Shown: one piece after another, positions 1-11,195 of the stretch
Layout: every line of letters begins with the position of its first letter
How positions within the stretch are numbered: position 1 is the stretch's first letter
Assembly: GCF_001194135.2 (NCBI RefSeq)
Contig: NC_068987.1
Coordinates: 26,091,407-26,137,585 of the forward strand
DNA: 46,179 bases
Direction of reading: 5' to 3'
Source: Octopus bimaculoides
Taxonomy: Eukaryota
The notes under the pieces: model-generated
Seen by the model: the letters and a program-made list of their open reading frames with translations, nothing else
Told to the model about the DNA's origin: nothing
Databases searched by the model: none
Program-made: the position numbers and the translations under genes

Positions 1-127
1 ATTATGCTCAAGTTTTTATGATAAATGTCTATTTAAATACTGTAAAAATTATCTGAATTTGTCGGTTGAATGTTGCTTTGTTTTACTGAAATTTTGCTTT
101 TCAAAGTTAGGTAAGCGAATTCCAATA

Positions 128-327
128 GGCCTTCGTGCGGGTGGCATGTAAAAGCACCCACTACACTCTCGGAGTGGTTGGCGTTTGGAAGGGCATCCAG
201 CTGTAGAAACTCTGCCAAATCAGATTGGAGCCTCGTGTTGCCATCCGGTTTCACCAGTCCTCAGTCAAATCGTCCAACCCATGCTAGCATGGAAAGCGGA
301 CGTTAAACGATGATGATGATGATGATG
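128..327 (+). mobile_element. RTE-LINE 3' tail copy (5'-truncated) ending in (GAT)n
   Basis: CATGTAAAAGCACC...GGAAGGGCATCCAGCTGTAGAAA...CCAACCCATGCTAGCATGG...CGTTAAAC(GAT)n; the same sequence ends the RT-bearing element at 1385-3222. Confidence 0.85.
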
Positions 328-792
328 TAAATGCTTCTTAAATATTTGATCTACATTTAGAAATTTAGTTTTATTGTATCCCTGTTAGTTTGCAGTGTTT
401 AAGGGGTTAAGATCACACACAATGAAGGAATTGAAGGGATTGTGGAAGATGTCAGAATAAAAATACTTTGTGTTGGTATGTGTTTAGTGGAGATGATAAA
501 TGACAATACTTTTGTGGTTCTGGATTTATAGTTGTGTAATGATGTGAGAAAGCTTAAAACTCAGGTGTCACATACAGATGAATGAGACCCAATAGCTTGT
601 ACCATGATTTCTTTTACACCTTCATGGGCTGTCCTACCCTTAATTAAATAGAACATTGAGGACTTTTACAGCTAGAAGGAGAGAGGAATGCAGTGATAAT
701 CATTTTCAGCAGAGTGGATTTGAACAACAGAGAATTATGTGCCTTATTCAAAATATGTTACCATATGTTATCTTATTCAAGATATGTTATCA

Positions 793-865
793 TAGGCATA
801 GGAATGGCTGTGTGATAAGTAGCTTGCTTACGAACCACATGGTTCCGGGTTCTACTATAGCCTCG
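793..865 (+). mobile_element. SINE family A 5' head fragment, internally deleted
   Basis: GGCTGTGTGATAAGTAGCTTGCTTACGAACCACATGGTTCCGGGTTC fused to TACTATAGCCTCG. Confidence 0.7.
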
Positions 866-869
866 ATAA

Positions 870-1070
870 TGAAAGGTTAGAGTGTGACAGAGAGGTAGAG
901 ACGGGTATCTTATTATAGAAGAGGGGGTATTGGAGGAGGAGATCTTGTGTCAGATGATGAAAGGTTAGAGTGTGACAGAAACAGAGAGGCAGAAACAAGT
1001 GTCTTGCTATAGAAGAGATACATCATTACCTGGCCAGAGAGAGAGAGAAGGGTGAAGGAGATAGTCATGT
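870..1070 (-). mobile_element. Fragment of a repeat family also seen at 19390-19610 (body linked to RTE-type tail)
   Basis: GATGAAAGGTTAGAGTGTGACAG...GGCAGAAAyAgGTGTCTTGyTATAGA is shared with 19440-19600. Confidence 0.6.
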
Positions 1071-1384
1071 AGTAACAAAAACAAAAACAGTGTGGGTTTT
1101 GTATAAATCGCCTCTCCTTGAGCAAATTTAGAATATTGAAGTAGTATCCAATCTGTATTTCTAGCTATAATCATCCCATCTTTAATGTTACAGACACTGA
1201 TGTTTTCTCATTGACAGTTTAGACTAAGCTTGTAGTTTGATATGTAGATTGGTTCAATTGCCTCATCTTAAATCTAGAGCATAAATATTTGTAAATGTTA
1301 TATACACACTGAATCAGAATAATCATGTAAGTGATCAGGTTATACATCTACAATGAAAAGTTTGGACACTTTTATAGTATACAA

Positions 1385-3222
1385 TTCAAGACAGGCTGCT
1401 CCTAGGAGCTCCTCTATACTGATGACCTTGTTCTAATAGCTGAGTCACTGCCAAAACTAGCGACGAAGTTTAGGGTGTAGAAACGAGGTCTAGAATCAAA
1501 GAACCTAAGGGTTAACCTAGCAAAAACCAAAGTCTTAGTACGTAGGAAGGCTGACAAATCACAAATTTCTTTGGGTAGATGGCCTTGCTCGATCTGTAGA
1601 AAAGACATGGGCAGAAACTCCATATGATGTACCTGGTGTAAGCTATGGACAGATAAAAGGTGCAGCAATATCAAAGGAAGGTTAACTGGGAAGATAGTTT
1701 TTGTGTGTGGTAGATGTAGAGGGGCAATAAACACTGAAGATGTACAGAAAACAGATTCCATCACATGCCAGGGGAAAAAACTAGAAGTAGTTGATAGCTT
1801 CCGCTATCTAGGCGACTGAATCTGTAGTGGGGGTGAGTCTGAGAGTGTAGTGGTGAGAATAAGAATAGCCTGGGCAAAGTTCAGGGAGCTCCTACCTCTG
1901 CTGGAAACTAAGGGGCTCTCGCTCAGGATGATAGGTAGACTGTATGACGAATGTGTGCGAACTGCCATGCTACATGACAGTGAAACATACACCATGACTG
2001 CTGAGGACATGCATAGGCTTGAAAGAAATGAAATGAGCATGATCCGCTGGATGTGTAATGTCAGTGTACATACACGACAGAGTGTAAGTGCCCTGAGAGA
2101 AAAGTTGTGCATAAGAAGCATCAAATGTGGTGTGCAAGAGTGACGACTGCACTGGTATGGTCATGTGTTATATATGGATGAGGATAGCTGTGTGAAGAAG
2201 TGCCACACCCCAACTGTGAAAGGAATCTGTGGAAGGGGTAGACCCAGGAAGACATGGGATGAGGTGGTGAAGAATGACCTTCGAACGTTGAGCCTCACAG
2301 GCAATGACAGGAAAGTGAGACCTTTGGCGATATGCTGTGATTGAGAAGACATGGCAACTAGAGTGAGATCGCAACCATGGCTGATGCCAGTGTTGTATGT
2401 CTGGCCCATTTAAAAGTACCCTTGATGCGTCGGGCGATATGATATGCTTGAGAAGACCTGTTGAGTNNNNNNNNNNGCCCATTTAAAAGTACCCTTGATG
2501 CGTCGGGCGATATGATATGCTTGAGAAGACCTGTTGAGTCAAGTAAAACCAAAATCGTAGCTGTGGCCAGTGCCCCCTGACTGGCTCCCATTCTGGTGAC
2601 ATGTAAAAAGCACTACCTGTACGTGATCGATGCCAGGGCCGCCTGACTGGCTCCTGTACTGGTAGCACATAAATAGCACCATCTGAACATGGCCGATGCC
2701 AGTGCTCTCTGACAGGCTCCTGTGCCAGCGGCTTGTAAAAAGCAATGGGATGAGGTGGTGAAGAATGATGTTTTGAGTGTTGGGCCTCACAGAGGCAGTG
2801 ACAGGAAACTAAGACCTTTGGAGATATGCTGTGATTGAGAAGACCTGGCAACTAAAGTAAGATTGCAACCATGTCTGGCCCATTTAAAAGTACCCTCGAT
2901 GCGTCGGGCAATATGATATGCTTAAGAAGACCTGTTGAGTCAAGTAAAACCAAAATCGTAGTTGTGGCTAGTGCCCCCTGACTGGCTCGATGCCCAATCC
3001 ACCTGACTGGCTCATTGCCAGGCGTGCCTGATTGGTTTTTTTTTAAGTGGCATGTAAAAAGCACCCACTACACTCTCGGAGTAGTTGGCGTTAGGAAGGG
3101 CATCCAGCTGTAGAAACATTGCCAGATCAGATTGGAGCCTGGTGCAGCTGCTGGCTTTCCAGACCTCAGTCAAACTGTCCAACCAATGCCAGCATGGAAA
3201 ACGGACATTAGACGTTCATGAT
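1385..3222 (+). mobile_element. Decayed RTE-clade LINE: RT C-terminal half plus duplicated 3' UTR
   Basis: Frame from 1385 reads ELLYTDDLVL (YADD-like) ... NLAKTKVL ... VDSFRYLGD ... AWAKFRELLPLL ... RLHWYGHV ... GRGRPRKTW, with several stops. It is followed by tandem 3'-UTR units and the CATGTAAAAAGCACC...tail. Confidence 0.95.
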
Positions 3223-3734
3223 ATTATTCTAAGATTTAGGTTTTTCATGTTAGTATCTATGCTGCTTATGCTGATACATGCACATTTATTCCGAAAGTTG
3301 TGTATGCAGAAAATAATGCTGTGCTCTTGCACAAAATAATTAAATTCAGAATGGCCAGATGGCTTGGAGGCTTATGATTACAAATGGTAAATTTATTGCT
3401 ATGTAAATTACTGCCTTGTCAAAATGAAAAATAAAATGTAAATTCTTGAAAGCACACCAAAATTCTTTCATTATTTATGAATTTACATTTTCTCAAAATG
3501 CTCTGTGGTGAAATGGGTGAATCATTTGAGTGTGAGACAGAATGAAGCTGTTTGTCTTGAGCTCAAACCCAGCAAAAACCAACTTGCCTTTTACCTTTAC
3601 ATGGTTAATACAATAAAGCACTGGTCAGATACCGAGGCTGATTTCTAAAATACATCTAAGATGTTAATAGAACAAAAGATTAAGTTGTGTGTATATTAAA
3701 TCCTTGTGACTTAGTAAAACTATTACAAATTAGA

Positions 3735-3738
<4 letters not shown>

Positions 3739-3796
<58 letters not shown>

Positions 3797-3847
3797 TTGT
3801 ATATCTATATATATGTATGTACATATGTATGTATATATATATGTATG

Positions 3848-3900
<53 letters not shown>

Positions 3901-3901
3901 G

Positions 3902-3934
<33 letters not shown>

Positions 3935-4050
3935 GTATATATATGTATATATATGTATACATATGTATGTATATATATATGTATGTATATATATATGTAT
4001 ATATATGTATATATAGACATGTATATATATATGTATATATATGTATGTAT
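3739..4050. repeat. (CA)n followed by (TA)/(TATG) compound microsatellite, ending at a gap
   Basis: Direct reading; source of the spurious YI/HT ORFs. Confidence 0.97.
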
Positions 4051-4216
4051 NNNNNNNNNNNNNNNNNNNNNNNNNNNNNNNNNNNNNNNNNNNNNNNNNN
4101 NNNNNNNNNNNNNNNNNNNNNNNNNNNNNNNNNNNNNNNNNNNNNNNNNNNNNNNNNNNNNNNNNNNNNNNNNNNNNNNNNNNNNNNNNNNNNNNNNNNN
4201 NNNNNNNNNNNNNNNN

Positions 4217-4450
4217 AGGAAGGGCATCCAGCTGTAGAAACTCTGCCAAATTAGATTGGAGCTTGGTGTAGCCATCTGGTTCACCAGTTCTCAGTCAAAT
4301 CGTCCAACCCATGCTAGCATGGGTTGGACGATTTGACTGAGAACTGGTGAACCAGATGGCTACACCAAGCTCCAATCTAATTTGGCAGAGTTTCTACAGC
4401 TGGATGCCCTTCCTAACGCCACCCACTCCAAGAGTGTAGTGGGTGCTTTT
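4217..4450. repeat. Perfect 99-bp-arm palindrome of the RTE tail
   Basis: 4217-4315 is the exact reverse complement of 4316-4414, centred on CATGCT|AGCATG. Confidence 0.92.
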
Positions 4451-4605
4451 ATTTCGTTATTCTTAATCGTTATTCAACTTTGGAACCACAGAGCCTAAAA
4501 AAGGCAAGGAACCCAGACAGTGGGACATTTTTGTTCCAACTAGAATTGAACCTGGTTAACTTGGTTTTTATATTGTCTCCTGTTGTGTGTGTGTGTGTTT
4601 ATATA

Positions 4606-4745
4606 TCATCATCATCATCGTCATCGTTTGACGTCCACTTTCGATGCTAGTATGGATTGGCTGATTTGACTGAGGACTGGCGAACCAGATGGCTGTACCA
4701 GGCTCCAATCAGATCTGGCAGAATTTCTACAGCTGGATGCCCTTC
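4606..4745 (-). mobile_element. RTE-LINE 3' tail copy
   Basis: (CAT)n-CGTTTGACGTCC...CTACAGCTGGATGCCCTTC. Confidence 0.8.
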
Positions 4746-4749
4746 TCTT

Positions 4750-4960
4750 GGTGTGTGTGTGTGTCTGTTTGTTCCCCCACCATCACTTGACAACCGATGT
4801 TGGTGTGTTTACGTCCCCATAATTTAGTGGTTTGGCAAAAGAGACTGATAGAATAAGTATTAGGATTACAAAGAATAAGCCCTGGGGTCGATTTGTTCAG
4901 CAGGGCTTCAGTCAAAAATGACTGATACAAGTAAAAGAATATATCGGGAGAAAGTGAGTG
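4750..4960 (+). mobile_element. SINE family A 3' half
   Basis: TTGACAACCGATGTTGGTGTGTTTACGTCCCC...GATAGAATAAGTA...TGGGGTCGATTTG...ACAAGTAAAAGA. Confidence 0.8.
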
Positions 4961-6087
4961 AGTGAGAGAAAGTAGTCAGCAGAAATATTATGAGACGTTT
5001 AGCAGGGCTCTTCTGTCATCTATCGACTCACTGCATCAGATTACATATAATCAACAAAATTTGTGTTTTTAGTTTTATAAATCTTAAAAAATGTCATCAT
5101 TATCATAAGCCAATGATATATAGATATCTGCTGACACCTATATCATTACCTGATGTTCTAACAACTGCAGTGGATCTCCTTTGTCACCAACATGAACAGT
5201 CAATGATACAGTGCTTATAAATCTATACTATATTGATCCATAGCAGCTGTGTATTTAAAATGACTGTAGAATCAGGAACAGAGGATGCAGGGGGTGCAAG
5301 CGCACGCTCTAACATTTTTGCGGTGGGGCAATGAAAATACCTTGAACAGCCTCCTGAAAAGCTTCATTGCCAAAATGAACAAGCATAGAAACATTTTGGG
5401 GCTGATCTCAAACATCACTTTTCTATTATTGGGTTTATCTCATTTGTTTGATGTTCAAATATAATAATAATTACTCTTATTATACCTGTGTTTATTTTGA
5501 TATTGAGACTGAAAATATATTGAGTTTACTTGTAAAAAAAAAAAAAAAAAAAAAAATTTAGACTTACGTTTACACCCTCTAAGCAAATTTCATTCCTGCA
5601 CTTATGAAAGTGACAACTGATAACAATGTAATGAAAGAACCATTGTGTGGTTATTTGATTTACTAGAAATAGTAACCAAATCACCATCAAATGAGATAAG
5701 TACTTATCTTACAATTCCAAATGCATGCCCCAATAAAAGGTGGTGATGTGATAGCTACAATGTCTTTGATAAAAGATCTTGATCAAGGCTGACCTGGGGT
5801 TGACCACGATGGCTTATATGATAATACTCAAGATGATTTATCAACAGGGCAAGGATAATTACAATAAGGTGTATCGATGGATGACTCATAACTCTGATAA
5901 ACATTATATATTAAGTCATTTCTAATTGTACCTCAAAATAATTGCTGGGATATCTTGAGATTATTTATAGCAAGGCTAAGACTATAGTTAGGGGTGTCAC
6001 AATTATGCTTTCTGGACTGCCTTTCATTATATGACACCAACAATAGGTGATGAATTGACCATAGTCTTTTCTTTTTCTTTTTTTTAA

Positions 6088-6206
6088 GCTTGGTACTTAT
6101 TCTAAGTTATAGCAACGTAAACAAACCAACACTGGTTGTCAAGCAGTGATGGGGAACAAACACAGACACAAAGACATGTATATGTATGTATGTATATATT
6201 TGTACA

Positions 6207-6238
<32 letters not shown>

Positions 6239-6395
6239 TATATACATACATACATGCACAAAGAGGATTCTTTCAGTTTCCATCTACCAAATCCACTCAC
6301 AAGGTTTTTGTTAGCCCAAGGCTATAGTAGGAAATGCTTACTCAAAGTGCCACACAATGGGACTGAACCCAGAAACGTGTTGGAAAGCACATGTA
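6088..6395 (-). mobile_element. SINE family A, degenerate copy
   Basis: TTTCAGTTTCCATCTACCAAATCCACTCACAAGG...GTGCCACACAATGGGACTGAACCC with a central CA/TA microsatellite. Confidence 0.8.
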
Positions 6396-6684
6396 AAACA
6401 CACTACACACCACCCACCCACACCTCCACCACCCACACACACCTCCACTACCCACACGCAATAGCTCTAGAGTATTATCTTTAAGAAAATAATCTTTCAT
6501 TATTAAACTGGTGGTTCAAACATAAAAAGCCTTTAGGTCAAATTATTGTTAATCAATGAATAAATTGACCTTGCGTAGGTGTGGTGGGGTGAGTCGATAG
6601 AGTGTGGGACAAAATGCTATGTCATATTGTTATGTGAAGTATAAATAATACAAACCAGTTTTATTACGTACAAATTTTATGTTA

Positions 6685-7130
6685 TCATCATCATCATCAT
6701 CATCATCATCATTATCGTTTAACGTCCACTTTCCATGCTGGCATGGGTTGGACGGTTTGACTGAGGACTAGTGAGCCAGAGGCTGCATCAGGCTCAAATC
6801 TGATCTAGCAAAGTTTCTACAGCTGGATGACCTTCCTAATGCCAACCACTCCAAGAGTGTAGTGGGTGCTTTTTACGTGCCACCGGCATGAGAGCCAGTC
6901 AGGTTGTTCTGGCAACGACCACGCTCGAATGTTGTCTTCACGTGCCACCAGCACATGCTGGTAAGGCGATACTGGCAACGAACACGCTCGAATGGTGCGT
7001 TTCACGTGTCACCGGCACGGGAGCCAATCCGTGGCACTGGCAACGATCATGCTTGGATATGCTTTTAGCATTCCACTGGCACGAGTGCCAATCAGGCGGT
7101 ACTGTCGTTGGCCACGTCATCGATTTTGAT
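6685..7130 (-). mobile_element. RTE-LINE 3' tail with tandem UTR units
   Basis: (CAT)n-CGTTTAACGTCC...GGGTGCTTTTTACGTGCC followed by repeated GCACGGGAGCCA / CTGGCAACGA units. Confidence 0.85.
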
Positions 7131-7589
7131 TTGTTTACACTTGCATCAGTAGGTCTTCACTATTACAAAAAGACGAGGTATTGGCAGAATCAATAGAAAT
7201 GTGGACAAAAATATTGTGTGAAATTTACTGATAGTCTTTTTTTAAGTTCTGAGTTCAAATTCCATCATGTCTGACTCTTCTTCTTATCTTTTTCATGTCA
7301 TTTAAATAAGCCAGTGCCTTGCAAGTAGATTTGGTAGACAGCAACTGCACAATGACCATCATATCTTTGTATATATATGTATGCATACATGTGTGTGTAT
7401 GTGTACACATGCATGTCTTTGTGATGTTTACACATCTTTGAAAAATCACTGAGCTTCAAACCTTAATATTGTCATTTCCCTGTCAAGAAATTATTTGCTG
7501 GCTTATGGAATAAGTGATTTTTACCAGAAGAATGGATAAGAGTTGGCAACAGGCATTCTGATGTAAGTGAATGTCTCACTAATGTATTG

Positions 7590-7803
7590 TTTTACTTGTT
7601 TCAGTCTTTTGACTGCGGCCATGCTGGAGCACTGCCTTTAATCGAGCAAATCAACCCCAGGACTTATTCTTTGTAAGCCTAGCACTTATTCTATCGGTCT
7701 ATTTTGCTGAACTGCTAAGTTACGGGGACATAAACACACCAGCATCGGTTGTCAAGCGATGTTGGGGGTACAAACACAGACACACAAACATTTACACACA
7801 CAT

Positions 7804-7852
<49 letters not shown>

Positions 7853-8018
7853 TATGATGGGCTTCTTTCAGTTTCCGTCTACCAAATCCACTCACAAGGC
7901 TTTGGTTGGCCCGAGGCTATAGTAGAAGACACTTGCCCAAGGTGCCACGCAGTGGGACTGAATCCAGAACCATGTGGTTGGTAGGCAAGCCACTTACCAC
8001 ACAGCCACTCCTGCGCCT
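7590..8018 (-). mobile_element. SINE family A, full length (tRNA-like head, CORE-like segment)
   Basis: Reverse complement starts AGGCGCAGGAGTGGCTGTGTGGTAAG (A-box-like) ... GATTCAGTCCC (B-box-like) ... CTTGGGCAAGTGTCTTCT, and ends in the ACAAGTAAAA tail. Confidence 0.92.
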
Positions 8019-8032
8019 TATATTCATCTTAA

Positions 8033-8290
8033 TGCAAGGATCCTCAATTATTTTTTCCGTATAGACCCCTTTGATATCTATATTCCTCAGGTGGATCCCT
8101 ATAATTAGTTGATGTTTAAAAAATCCTATTATACTTTTATAATTAAATACTATTAGGAATTGTATAAAAAAACTGTTAAAATATTTAGTGTATTGTTGAA
8201 GTACAACCACTTCACTGTACATAAATTTTAACAACAAAATCTTATATAGACCCCCGAAGGCCATATAGATCCCAGTTGATAACCACCGAT
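8033..8290. mobile_element. Possible hAT-type MITE relic
   Basis: Ends resemble CAGTGGTTCTCAAC...GTTGAGAACCACTG (right end GTTGATAACCACCG); a similar right end GTTGGGAACCACTG occurs at 18965-18978. Confidence 0.45.
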
Positions 8291-9871
8291 CTAATGCATT
8301 TAACCTATGTTAGTATGAGAAAATATGTAAAAATGAAGAATATTGGGGTTGACATGACATAGGTGATGGTTTTCTACATCTTATTTGTGGCCTTTATGCT
8401 AGTGTGCTGAGGTACAAAGAAAAAAGACAAAAAAAAAAAAAAAAAAAAAAAAAAAAGAAAGACAGAAGAAAAGAAATTATTATTACGGGTTGTGAAAATC
8501 ATAAAGTGAGGGACAAAATGCTATGCAGTGTATCCCTTTATATTTTACATTCAAATTCTGCTCAGATAAACTTTGCCTTTCATCTTTCCAGGGTCAATAT
8601 AATATTCACCATTTAAGTGCCTGGGTTGGTTTAATTAACTGTTGTCCCTGCATAGCCTTGTTGTTGTAAGACCTTTTTTTTACCTTTTCCATTTAGACAT
8701 TTGTTTCACATGACATTGTCGCTATTTCAGAAATCATATGATTAGCTCTTATAGTTATTATAATAATTATCTCTTAATAGTTTTTCTGAATATATGTTTT
8801 GATTTGTTTGACATATTTTCAACACACTCATTTGTGGATCACAAGGAATCTTTGTCAGATATAATTATGTATTATTATACTGTATTTTAACCTCAGGTTC
8901 TGTATATCACATAGCCTAAGCAACACAAAGCACTTTTGTTCATGGATTAGTCAGGAGAGTTGTTGGGATTTAGAATGATGTGGGTTGGTTAACCATCTAA
9001 TAGAGGTATTACACTCTAAACATAATCAGAATGTAGATATGCCAATTTTGTTTATTTCAATAGCAAAAAAAAAAAGAAAAAAAAGAAAGAAACACACAAA
9101 TGCTTCTCATATCAAGAGAACTTCATCACACTACACCCCTTCTTAGTCATATACAGCACTCAGTTAGTACCTTCGCAGTAACTCTAATTGTCGGAGATCC
9201 CAGTATTGCTGAGAATCTCTCCTGGCCACAACATTTCCTTAACATAGTAAGGACAGCATCACAATGACTGGTTTTTCTCTTCAGGACCAGGAGATATTTC
9301 AACAATTATTGATAGCTCAGTGTGGCCCACAGTGGAATATCACTGACACATCAGGGACAGTGCTGGCACTGTACATAAAGGCATTTTAAACTGCATCCAG
9401 AAAAGGGCCACCAAGTGATTGGTATATAGTCATTCACACATGCTCCCGCCCCTAATCCACTGGTATGCTGTCTTTCTTTCTGATTTTCTACAGCTACTAT
9501 AATGACCTCTACTCTCTGGAGCTGACTGGGCTTGTGTATTCTTGACATACTTATCTACTCACTTCTTCTCCCACCATCACCTTTGTGGTGNNNNNNNNNN
9601 NNNNNNNNNNNNNNNNNNNNNNNNNNNNNNNNNNNNNNNNNNNNNNNNNNNNNNNNNNNNNNNNNNNNNNCTGCTCTCTATAGCCTGTCCTTTCTTTGCA
9701 GGATGTTGGTTCTGGAATTCCCTCTCTGTTCAGTTTTTTTTTTTTTTTTTAAATTGTTGAAGTTTTCAGGAAAACATTAATAGCATCAATCTCACTTGTC
9801 TTGGAGGGCTATGGCAGGCCGTAGGCACCCTCCCAACACAACAAGGAGAAAATGAAAATAAAAAAAAGGAC

Positions 9872-10025
9872 ATGACTTTGATTTTGCCCTGCCAGCAAAG
9901 GATATATACATATTTTTTTTGTGATGTTATGCTTGTATTTTGGCTTTTGACATATCTATTGCAGAGCCAAATCCACCTGAATGAACTCTCTAACAATGAG
10001 AGGCACTATGCAAGGAAAAACACAG
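9872..10025 (+). CDS. UXS1: UXS1 probable first coding exon (short cytoplasmic tail, signal-anchor, start of stem)
   Basis: ATG at 9872 gives MTLILPCQQR-IYTYFFCDVMLVFWLLTYLL-QSQIHLNELSNNERHYARKNT. Phase-1 donor at 10026 (gtagt) or 10029 (gtatgt) fits the next exon. The total CDS becomes 411 aa, close to the 420 aa human protein. A possible acceptor lies at 9769/9770 (ttttcag). Alternative model: an internal exon starting at 9965 after ttgcag. Confidence 0.55.
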
Positions 10026-10117
10026 GTAGTATGTTACAAGAAGATTACTCTAGCATTGGATATTTAATCATTCTTTTCTATTTATTATTCTTTCTCTTAT
10101 TAACAGGGATATTTCAG

Positions 10118-10181
10118 AAAATATGTTGGTCCAATCTGAAATAAGGAAATTAAAAAGCCGAGTTAACCATTTGGAATATGT
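10118..10181 (+). CDS. UXS1: UXS1 stem (coiled-coil-like) exon
   Basis: tttcag|AA AAT ATG... encodes (E)NMLVQSEIRKLKSRVNHLEY, then GT|gtaagt. The phase-2 end joins the single leading A of exon 29582 to give ...HLEYVKKKYPDV, the position of the vertebrate 'IRDLEKSFTQKYPPV' stem. Confidence 0.75.
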
Positions 10182-10747
10182 GTAAGTTTCAACGCCTTTT
10201 ATTCTGCATTTTCTCAGAGTAATGGTAGGGATGTCTATAGATTTGTTTCCAATATTCAAGATCTTCACAATTTTTACAGCTTTATTTTCTGTAATCTTTA
10301 CTTAAGATATGCAGCTAATATTACCACATATATTTTTTTCCTTTAATCATTCCTTTAGATTATGCTACTGTATGTTTATTTATGAAAACTAACTTTCTAG
10401 TTTTTACGATTATGGTTAGATTAGATTTCACTTATGAGGTCTTATTAGAACAGAATAGGTTCGTTAATGTTTACTGTACTGCAAAGTATCAGATTCATTC
10501 CTTTTGAATTCCATGTTTAATTCATTTTTATTAATTCATATTTTGTAGTGGTCATCCCTGGTAACCTCTTTCTTTTAAACTGAAACTGGTTACCATTATA
10601 ATGATTTTTGTTTTCATTCATTAATGGTGTATAACTCATTAATTAAAATTTCTTGGGTTTATCACACCTGATGTCTATTCTACGGAAATAATTTAGCAAT
10701 AAACTATATGCAGAATTAAATACTAAGCTATTTTCATTATGTCTAGG

Positions 10748-10823
10748 GATCATCATCATCATCACCACCACCACCATCATCAGCATCACCATCATTTGTT
10801 GCTGCTGCTGCTGCTGCTGCTGC

Positions 10824-10860
<37 letters not shown>

Positions 10861-10988
10861 CTTCTTCTTCTTCTTCTTCTTCTTCTTCTTCTTCTTCTTC
10901 TTCTTCTTCTTCTTCTTCTTCTTCTTCTTCTTCTTCTTCTTCTTCTTCTTCTTCTTCTTCTTCTTCTTCTTCTTCTTCTTCTTCTTCT
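10748..10988. repeat. Compound trinucleotide microsatellite (CAT/CAC)-(GCT)-(GTT)-(CTT)n
   Basis: Direct reading; about 43 CTT units. Confidence 0.97.
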
Positions 10989-11195
10989 ATCCATGTTCCA
11001 TTGGTATGGGTTGGTCAGGTCATAATGCTCTGAGTCAGTTCTTATTTCAAGTTACTGTCCTCCAGATAGGTTGGAGGATCACGTCTCACTCATACATTTT
11101 ATTTTGGACTTGGTGTCTATGACCGGATGTCCTTCCCAATGCGAATCACTTTACAGAGTGTACTGGGTGGATTTCACTGAGGCACCGGCACTAGA
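10989..11195 (-). mobile_element. Degenerate RTE-type tail
   Basis: TCCATGTTCCATTGGTATGGGTTGG ... GGATGTCCTTCCCAATGCGAATCACTTTACAGAGTGTACTGGGTG. Confidence 0.65.

Noticed and set aside
1850-2143. Independent 97-aa gene
   Set aside because: It is a stop-bounded segment of the dead RTE reverse transcriptase frame.
2398-2530. Tandem duplication across the 10-N gap
   Set aside because: Identical sequence on both sides of a tiny gap is most likely an unmerged contig overlap.
3680-4284. Long YI/HT-rich ORFs here and at 18142-18991, 20817-21349, 28344-28871, 41926-42709 and 43852-44285
   Set aside because: They are produced by (TA)/(CA) microsatellites and N-gaps.
10739-11122. Poly-H/L/F and poly-R/T/A ORFs
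   Set aside because: Trinucleotide microsatellite translation.
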